From Bacteroidales bacterium UBA1392 (GTDB lineage Bacteria; Bacteroidota; Bacteroidia; Bacteroidales; UBA932), in assembly GCA_002305275.1 (NCBI GenBank), contig DBQO01000020.1:2963-66962 (forward strand): DNA of 64,000 nucleotides, written 5' to 3'. Of the stretch, positions 42,519 to 53,262 are shown piece after piece (position 1 is the first letter of the stretch; every line of letters begins with the position of its first letter). A model generated the notes under the pieces. The model ran no database searches. It was given only the letters and a program-made list of their open reading frames with translations, and had not been told where the DNA came from. The translations under genes and the position numbers were made by a program.

Positions 42519-45500
42519 TTATAAGGTATACTCGTCCCAGCTTTTTATCTGAATCTCCTCGACAGGCAGATTGCAAAAAGAGATAATAAATGCGGTAGCC
42601 AGCCGTGTGTTGGTGATTATGGGGATATTGAAGTCCACCGAAGCGCGGCGTATTTTATAGCCGTTGCTCAATTCGGATTCGGTGAGGTTTTTGGGTATGT
42701 TTACCACAAAATCTATCTCCCTGTTTTGTATCATCTCCAGCGCCCCGCGTTCCTCACCACTTTCACTCGGCCAGAGTACTCTGGTCGCGGGAACATTGTT
42801 CTCCACTAAGTATTTATAGGTGCCACCCGTAGCAAAAAGATTGTATCCATTTTTTACCAACAAACGGGAAGCGTTAAGCATTTCCGCTTTTTGGCGTGCA
42901 TCACCGGTGGAGAGCAGGATATTCTTTTTGGGAATGGTATAGCCCACGGAGAGCATGGATTTGAGAATGGCTTCATTGGTATCGTCTCCTATGCAGCCAA
43001 CTTCACCTGTAGATGCCATATCCACGCCCAGCACCGGATCGGCTTTTTGTAATCGCGAGAATGAGAACTGTGAGGCCTTGATACCTACGTAATCGAGGTC
43101 AAAAGCATTTCTGGCAGGAGGTACGGGATTCTCTCCGATCATCACTCTGGTAGCAAGTTCTATAAAATTGATCTTGAGGACCTTGGATACGAAGGGAAAG
43201 CTCCTCGATGCGCGGAGGTTGCACTCGATTACCTTGATATCGTTTTCTTTTGCGAGGAATTGGATATTAAAGGGTCCTGAAATGTTGAGTTCTCTTGCAA
43301 TCTTGCGGGCAATCTTCTTGATTCTCCTCGCTGTCTCGACATAGAGTTTCTGAGGAGGAAACTGTATCGTAGCATCACCGGAGTGTACTCCGGCAAATTC
43401 TATATGCTCGGATATTGCGTAGGCTATCACTTCACCCCGATTAGCCACGGCATCAAACTCAATCTCCTTGGCATGCTCTATAAATTCGCTCACCACCACA
43501 GGATGCTTTTTTGATACATTGGCTGCCAGAGAGAGGAATCTCTCAAGCTCGCCCTCATTGGAGCAGACATTCATTGCTGCACCTGAAAGCACATAAGAGG
43601 GACGCACGAGTACGGGAAATCCCACCGACGCCACAAATTGATTGATCTCTTCGAGGGTGGTCAGCTCCTGCCATTTGGGCTGGTCAACCCCTATGGTATC
43701 GAGCATTGAGGAGAATTTGTGCCTGTCTTCCGCCCTGTCTATACTCGATGCAGGTGTTCCCAAAACATTAACACCGTTCTGGGAGAGGCGTAGGGCGAGA
43801 TTGTTGGGGATTTGTCCTCCTACGGAGAGAATTATGCCGTGCGGAGCCTCGAGTTCATAAATGTCCATCACTCTTTCGAATGTGAGTTCATCGAAATAGA
43901 GACGGTCGCATATATCGTAGTCGGTGGAGACCGTTTCGGGATTATAATTGATCATAATGCCTCTCCATCCCACTTTACGGATAGTTTGGAGGGCATTTAC
44001 ACTACACCAGTCAAACTCCACTGAGCTGCCTATGCGGTAGGCACCCGAGCCGAGTACTATGATCGACCTGCGGTCATTTTCATACTTTATATCATGTTCC
44101 TGCCCGTTATAGGTCAGGTAGAGATAGTTGCTTTTGGCCGGAAATTCGCCTGCGAGAGTATCTATTTGTTTAACATAAGGCACAATACCGACCGATTTGC
44201 GATACTTTCTAATGCGTATTACCTGCTCTTCGCTGTCGATTTTGTCCTTGTATATCAGGCGTCCTATTTGAAAATCTGAAAAACCGAGCTGTTTGGAGAG
44301 CTTCAAGAGCTCCAGATCCACCTCTTCAGGTTTGTTGGCCTTTTCCAGCTCCCGGGATACAACTACTATGTTATAGAGCTTTTCAAGAAACCATTTATCG
44401 ATTTTCGTAAGTTCACATATTTCATCTACCGTATAACCCTTCTGAAAGGCCTTCGAAATGACAAAAATGCGGTTGTCGGTAGGTTCGCGCAATGCCTTGT
44501 CGATGTCTGGCACAACAATCTCCTTATTGGCCACAAATCCGTGGGCACCCTGTCCAATCATTCGCAGACCCTTCTGCATAGCCTCTTCGAAATTTCGGCC
44601 AATGGCCATAACTTCACCTACACTCTTCATACTGCTGCCAATCTCTCTGGAGACTCCGTGAAATTTGGAGAGGTCCCAGCGGGGAATCTTGCAGATCACA
44701 TAATCGAGCGCAGGCTCAAAAAATGCAGTTGTAGTGCGGGTAACGGCGTTTTTGAGTTCAAATAATCCATAGCCGAGAGCGAGTTTTGCAGCCACTGTGG
44801 CGAGCGGATAACCGGTAGCCTTGGATGCGAGGGCGGAACTCCTGGATAGGCGGGCATTTATTTCGATCACACGGTAATCGTCTGACAGGGTATCATAGGC
44901 AAACTGCACATTACATTCGCCGATAATCCCTACGTGGCGGGCTATCTTGATAGCCAGCTCCTTTAGCATGGAGATGTCGTGATTGTCGAGAGTCTGGCAG
45001 GGGGCTACTACTATGCTCTCTCCCGTATGTATGCCGAGTGGGTCGAAATTCTCCATATTTGCCACCGTGATGCAGTTGTCGTATCTGTCACGCACCACTT
45101 CGTACTCTATCTCTTTCCAGCCCTTAAGCGATTTTTCTACCAGTACTTGTGAGGAGTAGGAGAATGATTTTTCCGCTAGCAGGTTCAACTCCTCCTCGTT
45201 GTCGCAAAAGCCGCTACCCAGCCCACCGAGTGCATAGGCAGCTCTTAGAATCACCGGATAACCCAGCTCCAAAGCCGCTTTACGGGCATCTTCTATATTT
45301 CCTACAGCATGGCTCCTGATAATCTTAACCCCGATCTCTTCCATTTTTTTGTTGAAGAGATCCCTATCCTCAGTGTCGATGATTGCCTGGACGGGAGTTC
45401 CGAGCACCTTGAGGTTATATTTCCCGAAAACGCCCGCCTGGAAGAGCTTCACTCCGCAGTTAAGAGCGGTCTGGCCTCCGAATGCCAGTAGAATGCCATC

Positions 45501-45746
45501 CGGACGCTCCTTTTCTATCACTTTCTCTACGAAGTAAGGAGTCACGGGAAGAAAATAGATTTTGTCTGCAACACCTTCGGATGTCTGTACCGTGGCGATA
45601 TTGGGATTGATCAGGATGGTAAATATGCCCTCCTCTTTCATCGCCTTGAGAGCTTGTGAGCCTGAATAGTCAAATTCGCCCGCTTCACCTATCTTAAGTG
45701 CCCCGGAGCCCAGCAGGAGGACTTTCTTGATGCTTGTATCTATCAT
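42519..45746 (-). CDS. carB: carbamoyl-phosphate synthase large subunit
   Basis: 1075 aa with duplicated ATP-grasp halves and an MGS-like tail. The start overlaps the carA stop (ATGA). Confidence 0.95.
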   Translation of the reverse strand: MIDTSIKKVLLLGSGALKIGEAGEFDYSGSQALKAMKEEGIFTILINPNIATVQTSEGVADKIYFLPVTPYFVEKVIEKERPDGILLAFGGQTALNCGVKLFQAGVFGKYNLKVLGTPVQAIIDTEDRDLFNKKMEEIGVKIIRSHAVGNIEDARKAALELGYPVILRAAYALGGLGSGFCDNEEELNLLAEKSFSYSSQVLVEKSLKGWKEIEYEVVRDRYDNCITVANMENFDPLGIHTGESIVVAPCQTLDNHDISMLKELAIKIARHVGIIGECNVQFAYDTLSDDYRVIEINARLSRSSALASKATGYPLATVAAKLALGYGLFELKNAVTRTTTAFFEPALDYVICKIPRWDLSKFHGVSREIGSSMKSVGEVMAIGRNFEEAMQKGLRMIGQGAHGFVANKEIVVPDIDKALREPTDNRIFVISKAFQKGYTVDEICELTKIDKWFLEKLYNIVVVSRELEKANKPEEVDLELLKLSKQLGFSDFQIGRLIYKDKIDSEEQVIRIRKYRKSVGIVPYVKQIDTLAGEFPAKSNYLYLTYNGQEHDIKYENDRRSIIVLGSGAYRIGSSVEFDWCSVNALQTIRKVGWRGIMINYNPETVSTDYDICDRLYFDELTFERVMDIYELEAPHGIILSVGGQIPNNLALRLSQNGVNVLGTPASSIDRAEDRHKFSSMLDTIGVDQPKWQELTTLEEINQFVASVGFPVLVRPSYVLSGAAMNVCSNEGELERFLSLAANVSKKHPVVVSEFIEHAKEIEFDAVANRGEVIAYAISEHIEFAGVHSGDATIQFPPQKLYVETARRIKKIARKIARELNISGPFNIQFLAKENDIKVIECNLRASRSFPFVSKVLKINFIELATRVMIGENPVPPARNAFDLDYVGIKASQFSFSRLQKADPVLGVDMASTGEVGCIGDDTNEAILKSMLSVGYTIPKKNILLSTGDARQKAEMLNASRLLVKNGYNLFATGGTYKYLVENNVPATRVLWPSESGEERGALEMIQNREIDFVVNIPKNLTESELSNGYKIRRASVDFNIPIITNTRLATAFIISFCNLPVEEIQIKSWDEYTL

Positions 45747-46837
45747 AGTGCCGTCAGAAAAATATCAAAAAGATAACTTGTGTCTTTTGGATTTCCGGTC
45801 ATATCCGGAAAAAATTGAGTCGAGAAGAATTTATTGCTTTTGTGCCGGATTCCCTCGTTGGAGCCATCGTTCATATTGGTAAAAATGGGTTCCCAATCCT
45901 TGCTGAGGGTAGTTGTATCTACTGCATAACCATGGTTCTGCGTTGTAATGTAGCATCTGCTGCTATCGGTGGCCCGAACGGGCTGGTTATGGCTTCTGTG
46001 GCCGTATTTTAGCTTAAAGGTCCTGGCACCGGCAGCCCTTGCGAGCAACTGGTGCCCCATACAGATACCGAATATGGGTTTCCCGAGTCTCATAGTATGA
46101 CGTATGTGTTCTATTGTAGAAGCACAAAATTCAGGATTGCCCGGGCCGCTGGAGATAAGCAGACCATCATATCTCCCGACTGAGCCATCGTTGAAATCAT
46201 AGTTCCACGGGACCCTTATCACCTCGATGTTTTTTGAAATCAGATATCTCAACATGCTATGTCTGACACCGCAATCTATAAGCACCACTCTTTTGGAGCG
46301 CATCGCTCCCGGATAGGTGATGACCTCTTTACAACTCACTCTCGCAACAAGGCTCGTGGTGTTTGGATCTTCAACGTCCCATTGGGAGGATGCATCCTCA
46401 GGAACTATTCTTCCGAGCATGGAACCGTCATCACGGATCACCTTGGTCAGTTCCCGGGTATCCACTCCGTAAATGGCCGGTATCCTGTTTTCCCGGAGCC
46501 ATTGGTCGAGACTCTTGATTGCACTCCAGTGACTATATTTAAGGGAGTAGTCGGATATGATAAGTCCCCGGACGTGGATCCTGTCGGATTCAAAATGTTG
46601 CTGTACTCCTCCGGCCGTAATGGCTTCAGGGACTCCGTAATTTCCTATCAGGGGATATGTTGCGCAGAGGATCTGACCTTCGTAAGAGGGGTCGGTAAGG
46701 GACTCCGGATAACCGGTCATAGTAGTGGAAAACACCACCTCTCCATCGGCAGGGGCCATATAACCAAACGAATAGCCCTGAAATTCAAGGCCATTTTCCA
46801 ATTGAACGATAGATCGTGATCTATTTAGCAGTTGCAT
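45743..46837 (-). CDS. carA: carbamoyl-phosphate synthase small (glutaminase) subunit
   Basis: GICMGHQ catalytic Cys region and HRSHNQPV. I chose ATG 46837 over the track's TTG 46864. Confidence 0.9.
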   Translation of the reverse strand: MQLLNRSRSIVQLENGLEFQGYSFGYMAPADGEVVFSTTMTGYPESLTDPSYEGQILCATYPLIGNYGVPEAITAGGVQQHFESDRIHVRGLIISDYSLKYSHWSAIKSLDQWLRENRIPAIYGVDTRELTKVIRDDGSMLGRIVPEDASSQWDVEDPNTTSLVARVSCKEVITYPGAMRSKRVVLIDCGVRHSMLRYLISKNIEVIRVPWNYDFNDGSVGRYDGLLISSGPGNPEFCASTIEHIRHTMRLGKPIFGICMGHQLLARAAGARTFKLKYGHRSHNQPVRATDSSRCYITTQNHGYAVDTTTLSKDWEPIFTNMNDGSNEGIRHKSNKFFSTQFFPDMTGNPKDTSYLFDIFLTAL

Positions 46838-46901
46838 TGTTTGATGCGGTTTAAGATTGTGCAAAGATAATTATTTCATTGCGACTTGTATCTTTTTTGA
46901 C

Positions 46902-46909
46902 TATTTTTG
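46902..46909 (+). promoter_or_regulatory. candidate -7 promoter box
   Basis: TATTTTTG, 39 nt upstream of ATG 46949. Confidence 0.4.
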
Positions 46910-46948
46910 CGAACTTAATAGGTTACAAAACCGGAAAAATACTTAAAT

Positions 46949-48565
46949 ATGAAATTCAAAAATTCCACCTTGCTGATTGCAGCACTTTTTATCTTTACCG
47001 GCAATCTCTTTGCGCAGGAACTTTATGATCGTATGGAAGAGCAGTACAAGGAGAGTTGTACCTCCATTATGGTAGCTTCCGGGGCCTCATTTGATGGCTC
47101 GGTAATGGTAGGACATACCTGTGATGCCAATTACCGTACCTGGCTTACGATAGAGCCGCGTAAGAGTTTTACAATCGGTGACATGGAACCGGTCTATGAG
47201 GGAATGATGCATAATGAAGAGCCTTGGGATATGCGTAAGGTAGTGGAAAAAGGTCGTATCCCCGTGGTAGGAACGGAGACATATAGATTTTTGAATGTTG
47301 CCTATCCCTGCCTGAATGAAAAGCAGCTGGCCATAGGTGAGACTACTACCGAGGGGCGCCCTGAGCTGCTCAATAAGGCAGGTATCTTTTATATAGAAGA
47401 ACTCCAAAGGATGGCGCTTCAGTATTGTGCTACTGCGCGTGAAGCCATCTCGTTGATGGGTCGTCTGGCAGAGGAGTATGGTTATGCCGATTGGGGAGAG
47501 TGCCTTACAGTCGCTGATAAAAATGAGGTATGGCATTTTGAAATATATGGTTCAGGTCCCGGTAATCCAAGTGCTATGTGGGTAGCCCGGAGGATTCCGG
47601 ATGATCACGTGGGGATTTCAGCCAATATACCCCGCATTGGTAAGGTGGATTTCAATGATAAAGAGAATTTCATGTATAGTCGTGATCTCAAGGAGCGTGC
47701 TAAGAAAACGGGATTTTGGGATGGGAAAGAGGATTTTATTTTTCATAAAGTGGTCTCGGGAAGAAAACCATTCTCCATTCGGGAATTCCATGTGTTTTCA
47801 ACTCTTGCACCTTCGCTCGGCCTCACTTATGATGCAGACGAACTGCCTTTTTCCGTAAAACCTGATGAAAAGGTAACTCCTGAAATGTTGTTTGAACTCT
47901 ATCGTCAGACATACGAAGGCACCGAATACAATATGGTAAAAAATCTCTCATACACAGCTCATAGACGCGTTCGCCAGGCCGATGGGACTTACAAGGAATA
48001 TGACGAAATAGTTTACCCTCTCTCCTCATTTATGCCGCGCGACCTTATGAATATGCTCAATGAGATCAAACCGGGCATTATTGAGCGACAGCGTACTATA
48101 GCTGTTATACAATGCTCATACTCACATGTTACACAGCTCCGCAACTGGCTTCCCGATGAAATTGGAGGTGTAGCCTATTTTGCATTTGACAATCCGGCTC
48201 AAAGCCCCAGAATTCCCATCTATGCCGGGGCTACGGAGCTACCAAAGAGTTTCGCAGTGTGTGGACAGCACCGTTATCGCGAGGATGCTGCAATTTGGGC
48301 ATTCAGGGAGACCAACCGTATTGCTACCATCAACTGGGATAAGACCAGAAAGCTAATCGAACCTGAGATTGCGGCATACGAACGCGAGATGATGATTTCA
48401 AATAAAGTGGTCGAGGCGCAGGTTGTGGCGCTGCTCAAAGAGGGTAAAAAGGATGAGGTTACCGAGTTGCTAAACAGACATACGGGTTCATTTGCCTCCT
48501 CCGTGATGGCCCGCTGGCGTGAACTCAAAGGAAGAGTGTTGGAGATATTTATCAGGAGTATGTAG
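46949..48565 (+). CDS. C69-family dipeptidase, second copy
   Basis: 538 aa. Signal peptide, then ...ESCTSIMVASGASFDGSVMVGHTCD. The TAG stop lies inside the heptamer repeat. Confidence 0.85.
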   Translation: MKFKNSTLLIAALFIFTGNLFAQELYDRMEEQYKESCTSIMVASGASFDGSVMVGHTCDANYRTWLTIEPRKSFTIGDMEPVYEGMMHNEEPWDMRKVVEKGRIPVVGTETYRFLNVAYPCLNEKQLAIGETTTEGRPELLNKAGIFYIEELQRMALQYCATAREAISLMGRLAEEYGYADWGECLTVADKNEVWHFEIYGSGPGNPSAMWVARRIPDDHVGISANIPRIGKVDFNDKENFMYSRDLKERAKKTGFWDGKEDFIFHKVVSGRKPFSIREFHVFSTLAPSLGLTYDADELPFSVKPDEKVTPEMLFELYRQTYEGTEYNMVKNLSYTAHRRVRQADGTYKEYDEIVYPLSSFMPRDLMNMLNEIKPGIIERQRTIAVIQCSYSHVTQLRNWLPDEIGGVAYFAFDNPAQSPRIPIYAGATELPKSFAVCGQHRYREDAAIWAFRETNRIATINWDKTRKLIEPEIAAYEREMMISNKVVEAQVVALLKEGKKDEVTELLNRHTGSFASSVMARWRELKGRVLEIFIRSM

Positions 48566-48646
48566 TGTGGAGTATGTAGTGTGTAGTGTGTAGTGTGGAG
48601 TGAAGTATTGAGTTTCGAGTTAGTTATTAAGAATTGAGGATTTAGT
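48555..48646 (+). repeat. heptamer repeat (GGAGTAT GTAGTGT GGAGTAT GTAGTGT x3 GGAGTGA) grading into a degenerate AGTTnnG-type tract
   Basis: Read directly. The clear units span 48555-48603. A 7-nt periodic remnant (AGTATTG AGTTTCG AGTTAGT TATTAAG AATTGAG GATTTAG) runs up to ATG 48647. Confidence 0.8.
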
Positions 48647-49438
48647 ATGAAGATAAAAGGGTTGAAAAATTTTCGGGATTTGGGTGGTATTAAAGCAGGG
48701 GAGAGGTATTTGAGGAAGGGAGTTATCTTTCGAAGTGAAACACCGGTGAGAGTGCCGGAGGAGGAGATGCACAAGTTGAATGAACAGTTCGGGATTGATA
48801 CCATCATTGATCTTCGTACATTTCAGGAAATTGAAGATAACCCCTATAACGTGCCTGAAGGAGTGGAATATCTGCATATTCCGATGTTTGCGGAAGCAGT
48901 CATAGGTATTACAAAGGAAGCAGGCACAAATTATCGCCAATTCATTATAGAAACCCGTGACAGAGAGAGATTGAGGAGCGCTATCCCCGATATTGATATC
49001 CTTTATTCAGGTATTCTGGAAGAGACTTCCGTAGTAGAGATGACACGGAAGGTAATTCATACAATAATCTCCAATGTCCTGGATGGAAAAACTACCCTCT
49101 TTCACTGTTCATGGGGTAAGGATAGGGTTGGCGTAGTGGCAGCATTCCTACTTGAGCTTCTGGGAGTTGGTATGAAGGAGATTTTGAAAGATTATGTCCT
49201 TACCAACAGGGCCGTCAAACGCAAAGCATTATATGATGCAGCTCTTGTACTGATTTTCAAAAGGGATTGGGTTGTGACAAAGAAGGTGTGGCGCGGCTCG
49301 ATTGCCAGGCCCAATTATATTAAGGGCTTATTTATGGCTATTGAGAGAGAATATGGTTCTACCGAAAATTTCTTTAGAAAAGCCCTCGGAATCAGCGACG
49401 AATTGCGGGATTCTTTCCGCAGTCGCATGCTGGTATAA
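48647..49438 (+). CDS. protein-tyrosine phosphatase-like protein (Y_phosphatase3 type)
   Basis: 263 aa. N-terminal NFRDLGG. CX5R active site HCSWGKDRVG. Confidence 0.8.
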   Translation: MKIKGLKNFRDLGGIKAGERYLRKGVIFRSETPVRVPEEEMHKLNEQFGIDTIIDLRTFQEIEDNPYNVPEGVEYLHIPMFAEAVIGITKEAGTNYRQFIIETRDRERLRSAIPDIDILYSGILEETSVVEMTRKVIHTIISNVLDGKTTLFHCSWGKDRVGVVAAFLLELLGVGMKEILKDYVLTNRAVKRKALYDAALVLIFKRDWVVTKKVWRGSIARPNYIKGLFMAIEREYGSTENFFRKALGISDELRDSFRSRMLV

Positions 49439-49456
49439 TTCCTAATAAAAGGAAGA

Positions 49457-50758
49457 TCACCCTTTGTCGTTTTCGATGAGTTCGAGAAGTCTCTCTATGG
49501 CCTCTTCCTGAGGAACGGAACGCATTACAGGTGTTTTTCCACGGTAAAGAGTTACTTTTCCACCTCCTTCACCGACATACCCCCAATCTGCGTCAGCCAT
49601 TTCACCGGGACCATTGACTATACATCCCATTATTGCTATGCGTAGTCCTTTAAGATGGGAGGTACGTCTCTTCACTTCGTTGAAGGTCTCCTCCAGATTG
49701 TACTGTGTACGACCACAACCCGGACATGCAATATATTCAGGTCTGGTAAACTTTCTTCGGGTGGCTTGCAGCAGGAGGTCTCTGAAATACTCTTTTTTTT
49801 CCTCAGAAATAGGTACGCCGGCTATAGTGGCTCCGCTTAGGTCTATGTCATCAATCTTGCAGTCGAGCAGGGCAGGACCAAATTTGCAAGAGGCACGGAT
49901 TATCCATTCATTCCAGTTTTGTGCTGTCACGGGAAGATCACTATTCGGTTGAATACCGTTGCCCATCATTTGGGAGGATTTTACAATCTCTTTACCCGCC
50001 GCTATCTCATTTACAGGATTCTCGGTAAGTGATACGCGGATGGTGTCGCCTATGCCTGCGCTCAGAAGCGCAGAAATGCCTACCGCAGACTTGATGCGTC
50101 CCTCATCTCCGTTGCCCGCTTCCGTGACTCCCAAATGGAGTGGGTAAATCCTTCCCATCCTATCCATCTCTTCATAGAGGAGGCGATAAGCATCTGTCAT
50201 AACTCTTGTGTTACTTGCCTTGAGTGAGATGACTACCTTATGGAAATCCTTTTCAATGCACATCCGGAGCCACTCCATAACAGCCTCTTTCATGGCAAAA
50301 GGGGTATTACCGTAGAGGTGGGTAATTCTCTTACCGAGAGAGCCGTGATTGAGCCCTATCCTGATGGCAGTACCATATTTACGGCATTTATCCAGAAGTA
50401 GGGAGAATTTATTACAGGCCTCTTCGTGAACCGGCGCAAAATTACCGGGATTGATACGCACCTTATCCGCTACCTCTGCAGCTGCGAGAGCCACATTGGC
50501 CGAAAAGTGGACATCGGCTACAAGAGGTGTCATAATACCCTTAGAGCGCAGTTGCGCCTTTATCTGCCGCAATGCTTCTACCTCTCTAAGACCTTGAGTC
50601 GTCAGACGGATTATATCCGCACCTGCTGCCGCCATCTCTCTACACTGCGCAACAGATGCTTCAATGTCCCGTGTGTCGGTGTTGCACATGGTCTGCACCG
50701 ATACCGGAGCTCCTCCTCCGATATGTACACCTCCAATTGCAAAAGAAACTTTCTTCAT
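49457..50758 (-). CDS. ispG: 4-hydroxy-3-methylbut-2-en-1-yl diphosphate synthase
   Basis: 433 aa from ATG 50758. TIM-barrel part (VSVQTMCNT, RINPGN), then CPGCGRT and GCIVNGPGE. Confidence 0.9.
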   Translation of the reverse strand: MKKVSFAIGGVHIGGGAPVSVQTMCNTDTRDIEASVAQCREMAAAGADIIRLTTQGLREVEALRQIKAQLRSKGIMTPLVADVHFSANVALAAAEVADKVRINPGNFAPVHEEACNKFSLLLDKCRKYGTAIRIGLNHGSLGKRITHLYGNTPFAMKEAVMEWLRMCIEKDFHKVVISLKASNTRVMTDAYRLLYEEMDRMGRIYPLHLGVTEAGNGDEGRIKSAVGISALLSAGIGDTIRVSLTENPVNEIAAGKEIVKSSQMMGNGIQPNSDLPVTAQNWNEWIIRASCKFGPALLDCKIDDIDLSGATIAGVPISEEKKEYFRDLLLQATRRKFTRPEYIACPGCGRTQYNLEETFNEVKRRTSHLKGLRIAIMGCIVNGPGEMADADWGYVGEGGGKVTLYRGKTPVMRSVPQEEAIERLLELIENDKG

Positions 50759-50769
50759 AACATTAAATA

Positions 50770-51456
50770 TCACCAAAGATGTACAAAAAGTGAAACGCTA
50801 AGCATTATGTTGCGCGGATAGCAGAGCATCCAATACTCGTCACTGAATTTGTTGGTGTGATAGATGCTGTTGAGCGAAAATTTGTAGTTGCCTTCAAATT
50901 GAATTTCAAAGGGTTTGAATACCACGGCAAAACCGCCACCTGCCAGGATCCCGTAGTCGTGACGAATATCATACTGATCCCAGCCTCTCTCCCTTTCCGT
51001 GGAAAGACGGTAGCCGTAGTACCCGCCCGCATTGACCAGTATTCTGAACCTCGAAAAGTCTATTTTGAACTGTGAAACCAGCGGGATCTCAATGATCTCA
51101 TATCTCTCACCCCACTCTTCATATTTGGAATAGTAGCCCTCCTCGCCATAATTTACTCCAAACTGCACCCCAAAATTGAAAAGCTGGTCCCAGAGTGCGT
51201 GATAATAGGTATAGAGAAGGGAAAAGTTCTTGGGACATTGAATATACTCTTCACCTACAGTAGGAGAGGAGCTTACGGTACAGAAACCGTAACTATATCT
51301 GACCCCCAGCATGTGGATGTTTTTGTACTTTTGTGGCGGAGCAATGGAATCGATATTGACGAAATCATCATCCAAGTCACCTATTATCACATTTTCCTGG
51401 CCATGGAGCCGGAAAAAGAGCAGTATGGCAAAGAGTGTAAATAGTATCTTTTTCAT
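50770..51456 (-). CDS. outer-membrane beta-barrel protein, hypothetical
   Basis: 228 aa. Signal peptide, alternating aromatic/hydrophobic strands, and a C-terminal aromatic residue. ATGA overlap with the upstream gene. Confidence 0.6.
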   Translation of the reverse strand: MKKILFTLFAILLFFRLHGQENVIIGDLDDDFVNIDSIAPPQKYKNIHMLGVRYSYGFCTVSSSPTVGEEYIQCPKNFSLLYTYYHALWDQLFNFGVQFGVNYGEEGYYSKYEEWGERYEIIEIPLVSQFKIDFSRFRILVNAGGYYGYRLSTERERGWDQYDIRHDYGILAGGGFAVVFKPFEIQFEGNYKFSLNSIYHTNKFSDEYWMLCYPRNIMLSVSLFVHLW

Positions 51457-53249
51457 TTGAACATCTCCTTTATGTTGATGGTCTGCTCGAGGTCGGTCAT
51501 CTCGGGAAGTTTGATGATATAGACACCAGGGGAAGTCTGGTACATACGCACCTTTTCGGGCTGTCTTTTGTCGAGGAAATTACCCGAGTCAAACAACCCG
51601 TTCTGATTGCGGTCTTCCGTAATTCTCACCGAATAATCATCTGCTTTGAGATAGGGGAATAGGAGAGAAGTATCTCCGGAAACATTATATTTTCGGATGA
51701 CATTCTTACGCTCTTTGTCCACGAGCTCAACAATATATCTTGTGTCTACGCCATTCAGCACCAGAGTAATGGAGCTGGCATCCTCACTCTTTGGAAGGCT
51801 GAATTTGTTGCTTACTTCTGCATTGGGGAGGTTGTCCAGATTGAAAAATGCACCCTGAGGCACTATAAACTCATATTCGTGGCCATCTTTTATCTCCCTG
51901 TCCATATACATTATGAAACGACGGATTTCCTGAGGATCCCGTTCGAACTTGAATGTGATGGTATCTATCTGGTGTCTTGGGTTTTTTGCGGTAAGCACGA
52001 GCATATCTCTATTCCAACGTATTATCGGGAGTGCAGAGGTCAGACTTATACCATCATGTGCTATGTTCTCATTCTTGGCTGCGACATTGAACTTGAAGAC
52101 GGTATCTTTCGGCTGGTCTTTTTTCTGCTGACCGCCGGATGTACCCTCAGGCTTAGGTAGTCCCAGGGAGATATTTTCAATCGTATCGCGAAGCACTCCG
52201 GTAGAATCGGTTCTCTTGTAGCTTAGCTTAAGCAGCAGACTATCTTCCAGCTTGTAGGGAGTATTGATCCAGAAATCGAGGCTATCCTTTGCCGGAGCGT
52301 ACTGGATAATCACAGAGCTGTCCGCAACGCCGAAAAACTCGATATTCGAGATCTCGACATCGGGGGCATTGAAGGAGAGAAATCCCGATTTTTCACTTCT
52401 CCTGCCGCTGTTTTTGAGGAATTGGACACTTTGAAGTTCCGAAAACATAAGCAGCTCAAACATTGAGTTACGCTCCATGCATGCGAGGGTATCTTTCATG
52501 TCAAAGGACTTCAATTCGTATATGGAGTCGCGGACTACCTCTGTAGGTCTGATAAGCGTGTCCAGAAATGCAATCTGATCTTTTGTCGGATCATACCTGT
52601 TGTCATTGTCGCTATCTGTGAAGGCAACTATACGATAAAGTGTATCACTTATATTCCTTATGGAGAAAAAGCCCCATTCGTCACTCTTAGAGGCAGCATC
52701 GGGAAATATTTTGAAACAGGCTGAGTCGGAGTGGTCGGTATAGAGTGCTACGAGCGCCTTCTTGACCGGCTGGAGAGTCTGGCAATCAATAATGTTGCCG
52801 GTTATATAGAGAGAATCTACCGTATCACCTGTCGAAAAAGCATAAACAAGCCTCGGAGCTATGTTGCCCTCGTTGTTGTCGGCCAGCCCCTCTCCAAAGT
52901 CAAGAGTGTAGGTCCTGTTTTCGGCAAGAGTATCGGGAATGGAAAAAACGATGTTCTTACCCTTTATCTTGTGGGTGATTCTCTTTTTGATAGGCGGAGA
53001 GAGATAGATCTCAGCCACATTCTTTACCACCGTATATTCATCATAAGTAAGGGAGATGGTCCCATCATACCTGGGAAAGTTGGTGGCATTGAATTCGGGA
53101 TTTATCTTTAGGAGTACGGGTGGTATGGTATCTTTCGGACCTCCGCTTGGTGGCGTGGTAGTATTTGCGCATGATTTGGAAAGCAACAGGCACAATAGAA
53201 AGCCGGCCATGGCCAGCGCAGTCATCAATACTCTTCCATTCTTTTGCAT
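51453..53249 (-). CDS. Ig-like (SbsA/Big_5-type) domain lipoprotein
   Basis: I chose ATG 53249 (MQKNGRVLMTALAMAGFLLCLLLSKSC), which avoids overlap with relA/spoT. GGPKDTIPPVL is typical of this family. Confidence 0.6.
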   Translation of the reverse strand: MQKNGRVLMTALAMAGFLLCLLLSKSCANTTTPPSGGPKDTIPPVLLKINPEFNATNFPRYDGTISLTYDEYTVVKNVAEIYLSPPIKKRITHKIKGKNIVFSIPDTLAENRTYTLDFGEGLADNNEGNIAPRLVYAFSTGDTVDSLYITGNIIDCQTLQPVKKALVALYTDHSDSACFKIFPDAASKSDEWGFFSIRNISDTLYRIVAFTDSDNDNRYDPTKDQIAFLDTLIRPTEVVRDSIYELKSFDMKDTLACMERNSMFELLMFSELQSVQFLKNSGRRSEKSGFLSFNAPDVEISNIEFFGVADSSVIIQYAPAKDSLDFWINTPYKLEDSLLLKLSYKRTDSTGVLRDTIENISLGLPKPEGTSGGQQKKDQPKDTVFKFNVAAKNENIAHDGISLTSALPIIRWNRDMLVLTAKNPRHQIDTITFKFERDPQEIRRFIMYMDREIKDGHEYEFIVPQGAFFNLDNLPNAEVSNKFSLPKSEDASSITLVLNGVDTRYIVELVDKERKNVIRKYNVSGDTSLLFPYLKADDYSVRITEDRNQNGLFDSGNFLDKRQPEKVRMYQTSPGVYIIKLPEMTDLEQTINIKEMFK

Positions 53250-53262
53250 TGGTGTCGTTTTA

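Noticed and set aside
48274-48807. 177-aa minus-strand ORF (…HTTHYTLHTPHYILL…)
   Set aside because: Same artefact across the 48555-48603 heptamer tract. It runs antisense to two well-supported genes.
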